Below are positions 48,119-60,581 of a stretch of 64,000 bases of DNA, piece after piece. Origin of the DNA: Pecten maximus. Taxonomy: Eukaryota. A model generated the notes under the pieces. The model was given only the letters and a program-made list of their open reading frames with translations, ran no database searches and was not told where the DNA came from. Within the stretch, counting starts at the first letter, position 1, and every line of letters begins with the position of its first letter. The translations under genes and the position numbers were made by a program. Location: contig NC_047026.1 in the NCBI RefSeq assembly GCF_902652985.1, positions 33,852,001 to 33,916,000 of the forward strand. The letters run 5' to 3'.

Positions 48119-49492
48119 CAGAGTGTTTCAAACTATCTTACATTCTAAATTGACTTTTCTCAGTCATTTCTCATCACATTGAAAAGCTTTATAAATCATA
48201 TGATAGTTAATTGTTCACAATTTTGTTTAAAAACATAATTTGTAGTTCAGGAAAATATGACTTCATCTATGACTCATCTCTGACTCATAAAACAGGCAGT
48301 TTTATCAGCTTAATTCACCTATAAAAGTGGCGAGATGTATCCAGAGATGCCGAGGATGTCAATAATGCAGATTAAGCGTATTGTAAAGAGGTATGAACAC
48401 AGTGGATCAGTTGCTGATGGAAGACATGTAAACAAGAGAAAGCCTAAATGTGCTCGTTCTAAGGAAAATATTGAAAGTATGAGAACAGTAATTGAGGAAA
48501 CTCCCCAAAAGTATGTGCGAAAAGTTTTAAATATCACAGACAGTGATAGCCCCAGTATCTCTAGTGTCTACAGGATACTTCCATTTGATTTGCACTTGAC
48601 TCCATATCACATTTCAATTATGCAGCCCCAGTAAGACACTGATATTCATTCTCGGTCGGCATCTGCGAGATTATAGAGCAGCCGCAGACATTTCCGGATA
48701 CCGTTTGGTTTTCAGATGAGGCTCATTTCCACCTACATTATGAGGTGAACAAGCAGAATTTCAGATTCTGGGGGTCTGAAAAATCTCAATTCTATACAGA
48801 AAAACCCCTATATAGTAAAAAAAAAAAGTAACCGTTTGGGCGGCCCTTAGTTCAACTGGAATTATTTGCCCATTTTTCTATGAGGACACGAATGGCAACG
48901 CCATGACAGTTAATTCTGATCACTACCTCCAGCTTCTGAAAAGAAAATTCTTACCGGCCTTCTAAAAAAAAGAATTTCATAACATTAGATCAGTGTGGTA
49001 TCAACAGGATGGCGCAACATCACATACAACAGGAACTGTTCTTAAGTGGTTGGATTCAATTTTTGGAAGAAAGATTATATCGCTGAAGACCCATACAGAG
49101 CGGCCACCACATTCACCTGACCTCAACCGTTTAGACTTCTTTTGCGGGGGTATCTTAAGGATAAAGTGTTCAATCCACCTCCAGACCTGAAGCAGGCTAT
49201 CCGAAGAGAAATCCGTGCAATTTCTACTGGAACATGTTCATTAGTAATTAAGAATTTAGGCGTAGAATTGACTTGGTCGCTGACCAGAATGGACGTCATT
49301 TGAAACACTTGGTATAAAAGGTACATTTATTAACCAATAATTAAATGTTTAACGCCCTATTCAGTATGGTCAGTAAGATATGAGAATAAAATTTAGAAAA
49401 TGTGATTTGCTGTGGTATATATTATTTTCCTATGATTAAAATGAAATGAGTTATCGGGATTTATCAACTATCAGATGTTTTGAAACACCCTG
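48119..49492 (+). mobile_element. Decayed Tc1/mariner transposon, DD41D (rosa/Visitor) type
   Basis: TA|CAGAGTGTTTCAAA ... TTTGAAACACCCTG|TA. Fragments VWFSDEAHFHL..VNKQN, WYQQDGATSHT and PPHSPDLNRLDFF, with 41 residues between the 2nd and 3rd Asp; stops and frameshifts. Confidence 0.88.
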
Positions 49493-50695
49493 TACATACA
49501 TTACCATAGACTAGTCGACACATGACAGTGCCACATTGATGGCGACTGAAAAGGTTGATTAGGAAATTATTCAATTTAAAGCTATAAAAGTCAGTGGGTC
49601 ATGTGACAATCTGATCATCGCAATACGGTCTGGGATTGTTTGTCGAACACGGTACCTTTCAACTGCTCTGTGGTTACTATCTCGGTGTAGTGTCTGCTCA
49701 GTAGAGCTACACATGCTAATAGCTTGGTTGCTACTTTTTCATGACAAAAGCACGTGTTTAAATCAGTCATATGCATAGCTTTATAATAGGTCTCTGCTAC
49801 ACAGCCGTATTGTATGGTTTTTACATGGCTATAAATAGTCTACTTTGATTGGCTGGCTAGCATACTTCTAAAGCAGTGATTGGTTACCTGTTGTCTGTAA
49901 TATAACAATTCGTAGAGATAATATTGGGGAAATTCATTGCAAACAACTGTAATTGATAAAATACAGAGAGGGTATTTAAATGTTTGCCGTTTTATATGAA
50001 ATGTATTTCAAGGGTTTGGCACATTTTTGTAATTTTTCAAGAGTGCGTAGTACGAGTGAAAATATACATAAAAAGACCTTCCACATGGCAAATTATTGGA
50101 TTTTCTTCCTATTACATTTCGAGTAGACCTTTAAATGCTTTTATGAAAGTGTTTCTCTACCCGCCCACGGGAAAGTAGCTAGGCAAATTCGTCGAAATGA
50201 CAACCGATCAATTTAAGTGCGCATATCAAAAAACGGTGTATCAATACGCTACAAAATATAGTTTCATAATAAAAGTACATTGGAAATAATAGACGACACT
50301 TTAAACCTCCAGTTCGTGTTTATTAATTCCTAAAACACAATATTTGTACACTAGGTAAGTAAACAGTGTAGTTAGATACAGATAAGTAATAATAATAAAC
50401 CGTAGTCCGTCTGGTATTTTTGCGCCGAAGCGACTGGTTTGAAGTAGTTCTAGCAGAACTTTATATTTTTATTGTAAAACCGTGTTTGTATTTTCACCGC
50501 AAATTCTTATATTGTCTTTATATTCTTATATATTCTTATATTCTTACATAAGTCTGATAATACAATTTCTTTATTGCATTTTTGCCAGTGAAATATAAAG
50601 AGGATATTGAATGGTTTACCGTTTAATATAACACATATTTCACGAGTATGACAGAATATTTCGATATTTTTCTTTTTATTGCATTTCATATATTA

Positions 50696-51128
50696 AAAAC
50701 ACAATTGAAATCATCGAAAGATTAATAGTGTCAAAAAGTGCGGGAAACAGTATACTAGTAATGACGTCGACCATTTGCAGTGAAAATATATGTTTTTCGT
50801 GTTTGACCAATCAGAGCGAACCTTTGTATTCGCCTCATTGAAACTTGTCGACTTTTCTAATCCAAGCGAAGATAGACATATTGGTTATTTTGCTGTATTT
50901 CTGAAATATTCAGACTAGTTTTTGTCAAAATACTCACTTGACGTTAGCTATTCATGCACAGATTCTCCGATAACAGCAGAAAACGCTTAAATTATGTTGA
51001 TCAGTCCTTTCAAAATGGCGCCGCCATGTTGACGAGGAGCAACGTCAAAAAAAGATGACGTCATGAATTGTTACTGATTCCTGCACTTTTTGACAAAATC
51101 AATTTTTCGATGTTTTTAATTTTGTTTT
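50696..51128. mobile_element. Degenerate element with ~70-bp imperfect terminal inverted repeats
   Basis: CATCGAAAGATT..TGTCAAAAAGTGCGGGAAACAGTA..ATGACGTC vs GACGTCAT..TACTGATTCCTGCACTTTTTGACA..TTTTCGATG. Confidence 0.45.
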
Positions 51129-53588
51129 TAAGCATATAGAATAAAAATAAAAAGGATCGCTGGACAATGTTCTGGTATGCCACGCGACGAAGTTGATGTT
51201 TTGTTACGGTCGAAAGTCGATAAAATCATAGCAACATGCGTATGAGAGAAATCCATCACCTGGCCAACATGGTAACAGAATAGACATTCGTGAACGCACT
51301 GAACTCTCATCAATAAGTTCTCAGCATAGCAACGCGAGGTTCTATACGTACCTATCTACCTCAGACTTTACTCTAACTGCTTACTAATAAATAATGATAT
51401 TGGTTGCCCTCTTAGCTTTTTTGAAAGCTGAATAAAGGACACTCAAGGGGCAAACAAAAAGTGTCCTTTATAGAAAGGTGTCGTTTATATGATACTTGTA
51501 ATACCTCTTTGTATTAAAAACAAAGTTGTAGAGTAAATGCGCTACTTCCGGTGACGGGAATGTAGCGATTTCTTACATACCGAGCGTTGGCGGGACTTCT
51601 CGATATGTAACGATTGTTGTATACAACATTTACACTTCCGGAACAGCTTTGTCTCGCCCATAGGAAAAAAAATCATCCGCTTAGGTATGATTTCGTTTGC
51701 CACATTCCTAATCTATACGGGTTGTATGTGTAGTAACAATACGGTTTAATCGATATTTTAAACTATGCTACCTTTATCATAATCATAATTTTCATATTTC
51801 ATCCACTACATGTGTATCACGAGTAGACCAATTGACGGCACACGACTAGCTGTTTGAAACATGATAGGAAAAATCTTGTTAATCACTAATATGGCGCGAC
51901 AGTCCACTAATATGGCGCGACAGTCAAGTTCAAGGTCAGTCAATTTTACGCTAGGGCAACCTGGAGATTCGTTTGGTTTGATGTACATCAAGGGATCCAG
52001 GTCTTTTTGTTTTATCAACAGGATGGCTTGACTTAACCTTCAACTTTTCCATGACACATTCCAGGAGTGCACATAGCGAATGGCAACGTAACCCCTGGAG
52101 TATCGAGGTGGATATTTTTAGAAACTTGTCTATTTTTAACTTTCAATAAACCCCTGTTATATATGAAGGAAATGTGTACAGTAACACTACGTACTGGAGA
52201 TTTAACGCCGCTAGTATTGTACAACCTTATGTCACAGGCCTATTTGTGACAACATCTCTCTCTTTTTTGTATACATATATAGATTAAAGTATAACACTTC
52301 AAGTTCTTTATTAACTTTGAGTCTACATGGCCTTGAGGTATATTGCGACTGGAATTTACCAGGGTTACATAATCCTCATCCAGAACTTGTCATCGACTCT
52401 CCAGGGGTTACTACAGCAATGCTGTCGCAAGCAACGTGGAATGATTAAAATCCCCGAGTCTTTAAATGGACGCAAATGTATCAGAGCACGAACCCAAGAC
52501 CTCTGTCTTCCTTGTATTACGATATCTGTCTTGCAAGCGGTATTGAGCCCAAACACCAAAGAATGATAGCCTTTCTGACAATCGGTTTCTGTTGTGTGAA
52601 AACGTGTTGACTGCTCATATTGGTCGGTAACATCTGTCTAATAAAGTATAAGATATCTCCGATGAAAAAATTAATAAAAATGAGGTTCTAATGGCGCTTT
52701 GTCATGAACAGTAATATTTGAAATATTACATACTCCCATTCATCGCTGTTTTATTTTGTATACATGTGCATTCTCTTATTTCAGGGATTGTCCTGAGGTG
52801 TCAGTCGATGGCGTGACGTTTTTAAACTTATCCACGCAATGCATCGTCCAATGTATTCGTATAAAAGATTAGCACATATCATTACAACGGGGGCGTGCCT
52901 TAACGCCGACGAGAATCACGGCACGTTCCGAGATACCTCTGGTTAGAACTACTTGATAACCTCTTAATATCGATAACGTTACGCATTAATCAATAGATTG
53001 CTCCGTAACGTTTAAAAAGCATAACACTGTTTTTTATTAAAACTCAGAACAATTCAATGTCAATACAGAGACACGGTTGTAACTTTTTATCTTCAGGACA
53101 CGTGAAGGCTGTTAACACTCATCAACCGTCGGAAACTGACATGTTAAAAATCCGGAAACGGAAATATAGAACGACAGGAAATGTCTTAACCACGTGGTTC
53201 GAACCTCCAGATATCGTAATAAACTTTCACATGCAATTCAGATATAAATTAACAAACACCCATTGCTCTCCTCACTACAATCTTGTACAGCCTTTAGTAC
53301 ACTATACTGTATTCAAAGGTGTTACTCAGTTTTTAATTTCATTTCGGATAAATACAAATGTATATCGGCTGTTTGTCAATACCAGACATACCTGTACAGA
53401 TACGGTATCAGACTGGTTACAAACTAAATATTTCTGTCGTATTAAAGTATAGACGTTCTTACCAATAGGAAGATGTCTTGGGTGATGTAGACACGTTTAA
53501 GGCATGAAATGTTTATTAACAAATGCTTCTAGATTCTCTGTTGACAAAAAAAAATATGTTGATGCAATAGTCAGCTATTAGTATATTA

Positions 53589-55076
53589 TACTATCTCCCG
53601 AGAAAACGTCAGATCTATGCATGAGTACAGCCTTATATACTATCTGCCGAGAAAACGTCAGATCTATGTATGAGTACAGCCTTATATACTATCTGCCGAG
53701 AAAACGTCAGACCTATGTATGAGTACAGCCTTATATACTCTCTCCCGAGAAAAACGGCAGACTTATGTATGAGTACAGCCTTAATATACTATCTCCCGAG
53801 AAAACGTCAGATCTATGTATGAGTACAGCCTTATATACTATCTCCCGAGAAAACGTCAGACCTATGTATGAGTACAGCCTTAATATACTATCTCCTGAGA
53901 AAACGGCAGACCTATGTATGAGTACAGCCTTATATACTATCTCCCGAGAAAACGTCAGACCTATGTATAAGTACAGCCTTATATACTCTCTCCCAAGAAA
54001 ACGTCAGACCTATGTATGAGTACAGCCTTATATACTATATCCCGAGAAAACGTCAGACCTACATGTATGTATGAGTACAGCCTTATAAACTATCTCTCGA
54101 GAAAACGTCAGGCCTATGTATGTTAGGCCTACACCCTTAATATACTATCTCCTTAGAAAACGTCAGACCTATGTATGAGTACAGCCTTATATACTATCTC
54201 TCGAGAAACGTCAGGCCTATGTATGTTAGGCCTACACCCTTAATATACTATCTCCCGAGAAAACGTCAGACCTATGTATAAGTACAGCCTAAATATACTA
54301 TCTCCCGAGAAAACGTCAGACCTATGTATGAGTAGAGCCTTATATACTATATCCCGAGAAAACGTCAGATCTTTGTATGAGTACAGCCTTATATACTCTC
54401 TCCCGAGAAAACGTCAGACCTATGTATGAGTACAGCCTTAATATACTATCTCCCGAGAAAACGTCAGACCTATGTATGAGTACAGCCTTAATATACTATC
54501 TGCCGAGAAAACGTCAGATCTATGTATAAGTACAGCCTTATATACTATCTGCTGAGAAAACGTCAGATCTTTGTATGAGTACAGCCTTATATACTAACTC
54601 CCGAGAAAACGTCAGATCTTTGTATGAGTACAGCCTTAATATACTCTCTCCCGAGAAAACGTCAGACCTATGTATGAGTACAGCCTTATATACTATCTGC
54701 TGAGAAAACGTCAGACCTATGTATGAGTACAGCCTTATATACTATCTGCCGAGAAAACGTCAGACCTATGTATGAGTACAGCCTTATATACCAGCTCCCG
54801 AGAAAACGTCAGACCTATGTATGAGTACAGCCTTATATACTCTCTCCCGAGAAAACGTCCGACCTATGTATGAGTATAGCCTTATATACTATCTGCTGAG
54901 AAAACGTCGGACCTATGTATGAGTACAGCCTTATATACTATCTGCTGAGAAAACGTCAGACCTATGTATGAGTACAGCCTTATATACTATCTCCCGAGAA
55001 AACGTCAGACCTATGTATGAGTACAGCCTTATATACTCTCTCCCGAGAAAACGTCAGACCTATGTATAAGTACAGC
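53589..55076. repeat. 49-50-bp minisatellite, ~30 units
   Basis: TATACTATCTCCCGAGAAAACGTCAGACCTATGTATGAGTACAGCCTTA. Confidence 0.95.
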
Positions 55077-58035
55077 TGGGACCTGTTCGTTGATATTGGC
55101 AAACTGTTAAATAGGAATGAAACGTCTAGATTTTGGGATAGAGAGCGTTCCAAGCCGTGGATACATTGTGGTGATCACTAACGTCAGATTTTATGTCAAT
55201 CGCTTCATTATCTCCCTATCATGTCGCATTCTCTTAAATGACAAAATATAAAAAGTCATCCTGTCACAGAAATGACTTTAATCTACTATATTTACAATAA
55301 AAGTACTTGTTCTCGCTAACATTTCCCCAAACATGTCCAAAGTCTAATCAATTATTGATCGTTTATTTTCGCGAAACATGTCCAAAAGTCTTATAAATAA
55401 ACATTTCTTTTCGTGAAACATGTCCGAATGTCTAATCAATGGACATTTCTTTTCGCGATTAATGTCCGAAGTCTAATCAATGAAAATGCATGACTCTTTT
55501 TTGTTGATTTAATCGAAAACGAATCTCTCACGGAATTCCATGCTTCACGATGACAACACTAGAAACACTGTCTCCAGTTTTTTTTACATTAGTAAATTTA
55601 GTACATTTTCACTTCGGGGATAAATTTTGAAAAAAATCTTTTAAGGCATCAGTTGGTCACAATGCATTTCCGGAGCTCAGATATACACATACATATAGTG
55701 AGTGGTAAAACGTTTCACCAAAGCCAAACCAAAAACATTGAAGGCATAATGATCTATGATATGTCCTCCCAAAAATATCGTCCATGTCAATTGATATAAC
55801 GTATAATGTGTAGTGATAAAACGTATGGAAGTTTCTTTTACCTTGAATGTTATACGAGAAATGTGATTTTTGTATGTTGACAATCAGTAGGTAATTATCA
55901 TAGGTACAATGCGTCATCAATGTCTCCTTAATTACGATTATGAGAATGAAAAAAGGTATCTTAAGAAATTATTAATTCACCTGGTGAATTGAATTCCTTT
56001 TTTTCAAATGGGTACCGTAGACTCAAGCCTTTAAAAGAAATACAAGATTGGGCTGTCGTTATATTTGTCCGTGAAATAAGTTATTTGTGAAAATGCATGC
56101 CGTGCTAAGAAAGATTATTTTCATTTTTTTGTTTAAAAAAAAAAAAAAAAAATCCAACCAAATGTTAATGGTTCCATTTACAACCACTTTGTAAACGTCA
56201 AATAAACCACAATTAATACCATAACGATTGTAATTTGCTTGGAACTCAAATATCAAAATGTTTGCTATAAGTAGCCAGACATTACTTAAACTAAATGTCA
56301 GGGCCACAGCTACCGATCTTCGCAAAAATGTCAATATTGTTACTTCCGCCGATGTTTGCAGACTCGTAGCAGACATGATATTAATTTCTCTGGCTTGTCA
56401 CTCTTGTTGTCTAACACCCCCGCTTTGGCATTTAACTTAACCGTGTCACGTGGGGCATGTTACGGAGAGTTTTGTGTTTTATTAACGACATCACAACTCT
56501 CCCGTAGTGTGTAACGAACAGGTGATTTTCCTGCTTGTTTTACAATAAATCACACATTCATAATCAGTTACTTTTCGAGGACTGTTACTCATTAAACAAG
56601 AACTGTCTGCCAGCAATATAGTTTGATAGTGTATTCATTTCAATTCAATTGACCAGAAACAAATCATGTTTAAATTTATAACATAAAAAGGTAATAGATA
56701 CATGTAACATACTCAGAAGCATATAAACACATGTAAAGCAGATTAATTACAAACACGTGCAAGAGATCATCAATATCATCAATAAAAATTATTCAGTTAT
56801 ATTACAAAACAGAAAATAAAATAATTCTAAAACAAACCTTTATTGAAAAAAACTGTCTGAAACATTACCAGGGTAGGAAGCATCAATTTTTACCTTGTTT
56901 TTATGAAGAATCATTGTTTGGATACGAAACTATGGCTAGCGAAGATGGAATCATGACAGCTCCTTCAAATCAATTATTACGATAGGTGTCGCTGATGAAG
57001 CAGACGATAACTAACCTGAATACCTGGGACGGGTAGTTCAAAAGATGATTAGCTTATAATTAATTAATCACTTGATTAGTGAAAACTTCCTTAAAATAAG
57101 CAGGTAAGAAGAGACATACGAGTGCAGTAGTTTCACAAAATTTTGTCAATTTTTAATGTTGATTAACCTTAAGCCTTTCGGCTCATATGTATTACATTCA
57201 TAACACATATATACAACATACAATAATGTACAGATCATTACAGCGATGAAAAATTATACGTTTTAATTGCCAAGCTTGTTCATTATTAATTAGTTGATGG
57301 ACAGTTGATTGCTGCTACACTGACTAATGGCAAAAGATTCCAGAATTATAAAGAAAACAAAAAGCAACATGGACATACAAAATGTATGTAGTTAAAATGA
57401 AACGTTATGTGACAAAGGGACGTTATCAGGAAGTGACCGACTTAATGGTATTAGAAATTTCGTAAACCATGATGCGTGGAACCTAATGTGAAACTCAGAT
57501 TTAGATATTAGCCTAAGTTACATATTTCCTTTTTATTCTGCATGAACAGTTAATAATTGAACCAGGTTATAAGATAATGGCCGGTTCTATTTCTTAATAT
57601 AACTTTTACGTAAATCATTATAAAGAGAACAAATAACATGAAGTGAAAGTCATCTTTTAACTTTTAATTACAGTGAATGCAAAATCTGTGAGAAAGGTGA
57701 ACAAACTGATACCAATCAGTAAGATGCCGTTCTAAGATTGAATCATAAGTATGAGGACATTTAGGATTTGAAGCTGACACTAACGTACTTTGCTTCTTCT
57801 TTATGAATCTGAATTTTGCGTCACAGTACAGTAATCAAATGTTTGTTTCTTGTAGAGGTACAATGTATATACATAATTCATGTTGTGTTTTAATCCATTT
57901 TAGCACATCTAAGAATATACACCGGTGCTTGCGTACTTTTGAAATCTAATATTGATGATTATGAATTTTATTGAAACATTCCATCTTCGACCTACATTGT
58001 ACATTTGTATTTTTAATTTCCTTCGTCGCCTTCTA

Positions 58036-58585
58036 GGTGTTATCAGTTTAGACCATAGCATCACTGACGAGTCCTAGGATGGTGTTATCAGTTTAGACCA
58101 TAGCATCACTGACGAGTCCTAGGATGGTGTTATCAGTTTAGACCATAGTATCACTGACGAGTCCTAGGATGGTGTTATCAGTTTAGACCATAGCATCACT
58201 GACGAGTCCTAGGATGGTGTTATCAGTTTAGACCATAGCATCACTGACAAGTCCTAGGATGGTGTTATCAGTTTAGACCATAGCATCACTGACGAGTCCT
58301 AGGATGGTGTTATCAGTTTAGACCATAGCATCACTGACGAGTCCTAGGATGGTGTTATCAGTTTAGACCATAGTATCACTGACGAGTCCTAGGATGGTGT
58401 TAGCAGTTTAGACCATAGCATCACTGACGAGTCCTAGGATGGTGTTATCAGTTTAGACCATAGTATCACTGACGAGTCCTAGGATGGTGTTAGCAGTTTA
58501 TACCATAGCATCACTGACGAGTCCTAGGATGGTGTTAGCAGTTTATACCATAGCATCACTGACGAGTCCTAGGATGGTGTTAGCA
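58036..58585 (+). repeat. 45-bp minisatellite x12, hammerhead-ribozyme-like unit
   Basis: GGTGTTATCAGTTTAGACCATAGCATCACTGACGAGTCCTAGGAT; units are nearly identical. Confidence 0.95.
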
Positions 58586-59689
58586 CAATATCAATATTCA
58601 ACACAGATACGAAGGGAAGTATTTAAAATGTTAAATCCGTCCGATCGCACGCACCTTACCTTGCTAAGGTGTCAGACATTTTAAATTGAAGTTTAACATT
58701 TATCAGTTGATAGTGTAAAAAGTCACCAGAATCCATGAACTATCCAAATTTGGTCGACCTTCACATCTATGGGGTCCAGATTAGAGCGGTACAAATAAAT
58801 AAACAAAACCCTATTCCGATATTCATGCGATACTTAACCTTTATCTAGGGTTATTGATTTATTATAGACAACTGATTGTTTTATATGACCAATCTCACAA
58901 CATAACGACCTGTGTAAGGGCGTGCTTGATTTATTTCAGGGACAACATCAGCTGACCCGTTCACATACCAAGCTGAGGCTGTGTACCAGTTATATGGGGT
59001 CCATTTGTTTCCCCAACACTTCAGTACTATTATGACATTTATCGAGACGTTTGTACCAAACTCGGTAGCCATCAGTCTCTGTCACCCACACACATTTTAT
59101 GTTCCCTCGTATTTTCGCATGAAGATGTGAAAAAAGCATTAAAACGTTTAATACTGTGTGACTATGGCATAATAGGTTCAAAGTCCAGTCTGTCAGCTTT
59201 TCTTGACGTCATCTTTAGTACTTCATTATACGATATGTATGTATACTGTGTAGAGAACCCTTCAACACAAACAGGTTATTTAGTGCTCGAGGAAAAGGGT
59301 TAAAAAGTATAACGGTTTGTACATTGTAAACAAACATCGTCTACCGCTATCACATCTGGCATTAACCGTTAGCCAACTATGAACACGTAGATGTAACAGT
59401 AACTGGAAATTAGAGACTAGTAATCAAACATGGCTTATGTATTATAGGCACATTAATTAAGTCGAGAATGAATTTACGGTTGTTTCAGCATCTCATTTTT
59501 TGCTAGATATAGTTTCAAATACAAATGTAATAGAAAAATGTTAAACAACGCACATGTTGTTGTGGTTCAGACTTCACGTGTAAACCTTTCAATGAATGGT
59601 GAATTCTTTCACATCTGTCAAAAATGACAAAGGAAAAGTCCATTATCCGTATGAAAATATCTTTGGACACTTTACAAAATTTCAGTAAA

Positions 59690-60395
59690 TTTATCCTTTT
59701 AGAGCCCCACCCCACTAGCCCCAGGGGTCACACAACTTTATCTATATAAAATATGATTTGCCTCCACGAATAATGTTTCACACCAATTTTGGATTTTAAC
59801 CCACCCAGGGGTTAACGAGGAGTAGAGTTTCAAACCTATATTTCAACAAAGTTCACTTTTGGAGCCCCACCCCACTAGCTCAAGGAGTCGGGTCAGCCTC
59901 ATTGATATAAGATATGATTGGGCTTCACACCTAATTTAGTGGATGTAATCCATCCAAGGATTAAGAAGGAGAAGGATTTTAAAGCAAAACATTCACCAAC
60001 GTTCCCCTTTTCGTGGGCCCACCCCTCTGATCCCAAGCATCACGCCAGTCTGATTAATATAAAATATGATTTGCCTCCCAAAATGATGTCTCACATCAAA
60101 TTTGGATGTAATCCACCAAAGGGTAAAGAAGAAGTAGAGTTTAAAAGCAAAATTTCACGAAACTTTTCCATTTTTGGCCTCGCCACTCTGTCCCCAGGGG
60201 TCGTACCGGCATTATTTATATCAAATATGATCGCCTTAACCCAATAATGTTTCAACCCAAATTTAGTCGTAATCCGCTTTGAGGTTAAGGAGGTGTAGCG
60301 TTTTGAAAGTTAAAGTTTAACGGCGGACGGCTGACGACGATGGACGGAGCACGATTGCTATAGATCATCCTGACCGTTCAGGACAGGGGACCTTA
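59690..60395. mobile_element. Helentron-associated non-autonomous element (HINE-like) with ~160-bp internal tandem repeats
   Basis: About 4 degenerate units (TTTT..GCCCCACCCC...ATATGATT...TTTGGATGTAATCC...GTAGAGTTT), then a (GACG)n-like microsatellite and a short terminal hairpin CCTGACCGTTCAGG. Confidence 0.6.
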
Positions 60396-60581
60396 AAATG
60401 CATACACCTTTTTTTTTGTTTTTTTGAAACAAGTAAATTAAAAATCAGAAAGCATCACAAAAAAAAGAAGAAATTGTAGACAATCGAATAACTGCCAGAT
60501 TAAGGTAGTTTATCTTCTTAATAGCCCAAATATGACCAAGGTCATAGTGTAATTATGTGACCGGGTGTCTGGGGAGTTGTT

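Noticed and set aside
58881-59181. Short - strand ORFs with protein-like composition
   Set aside because: No recognisable motif, no consistent splice sites, frames interrupted.
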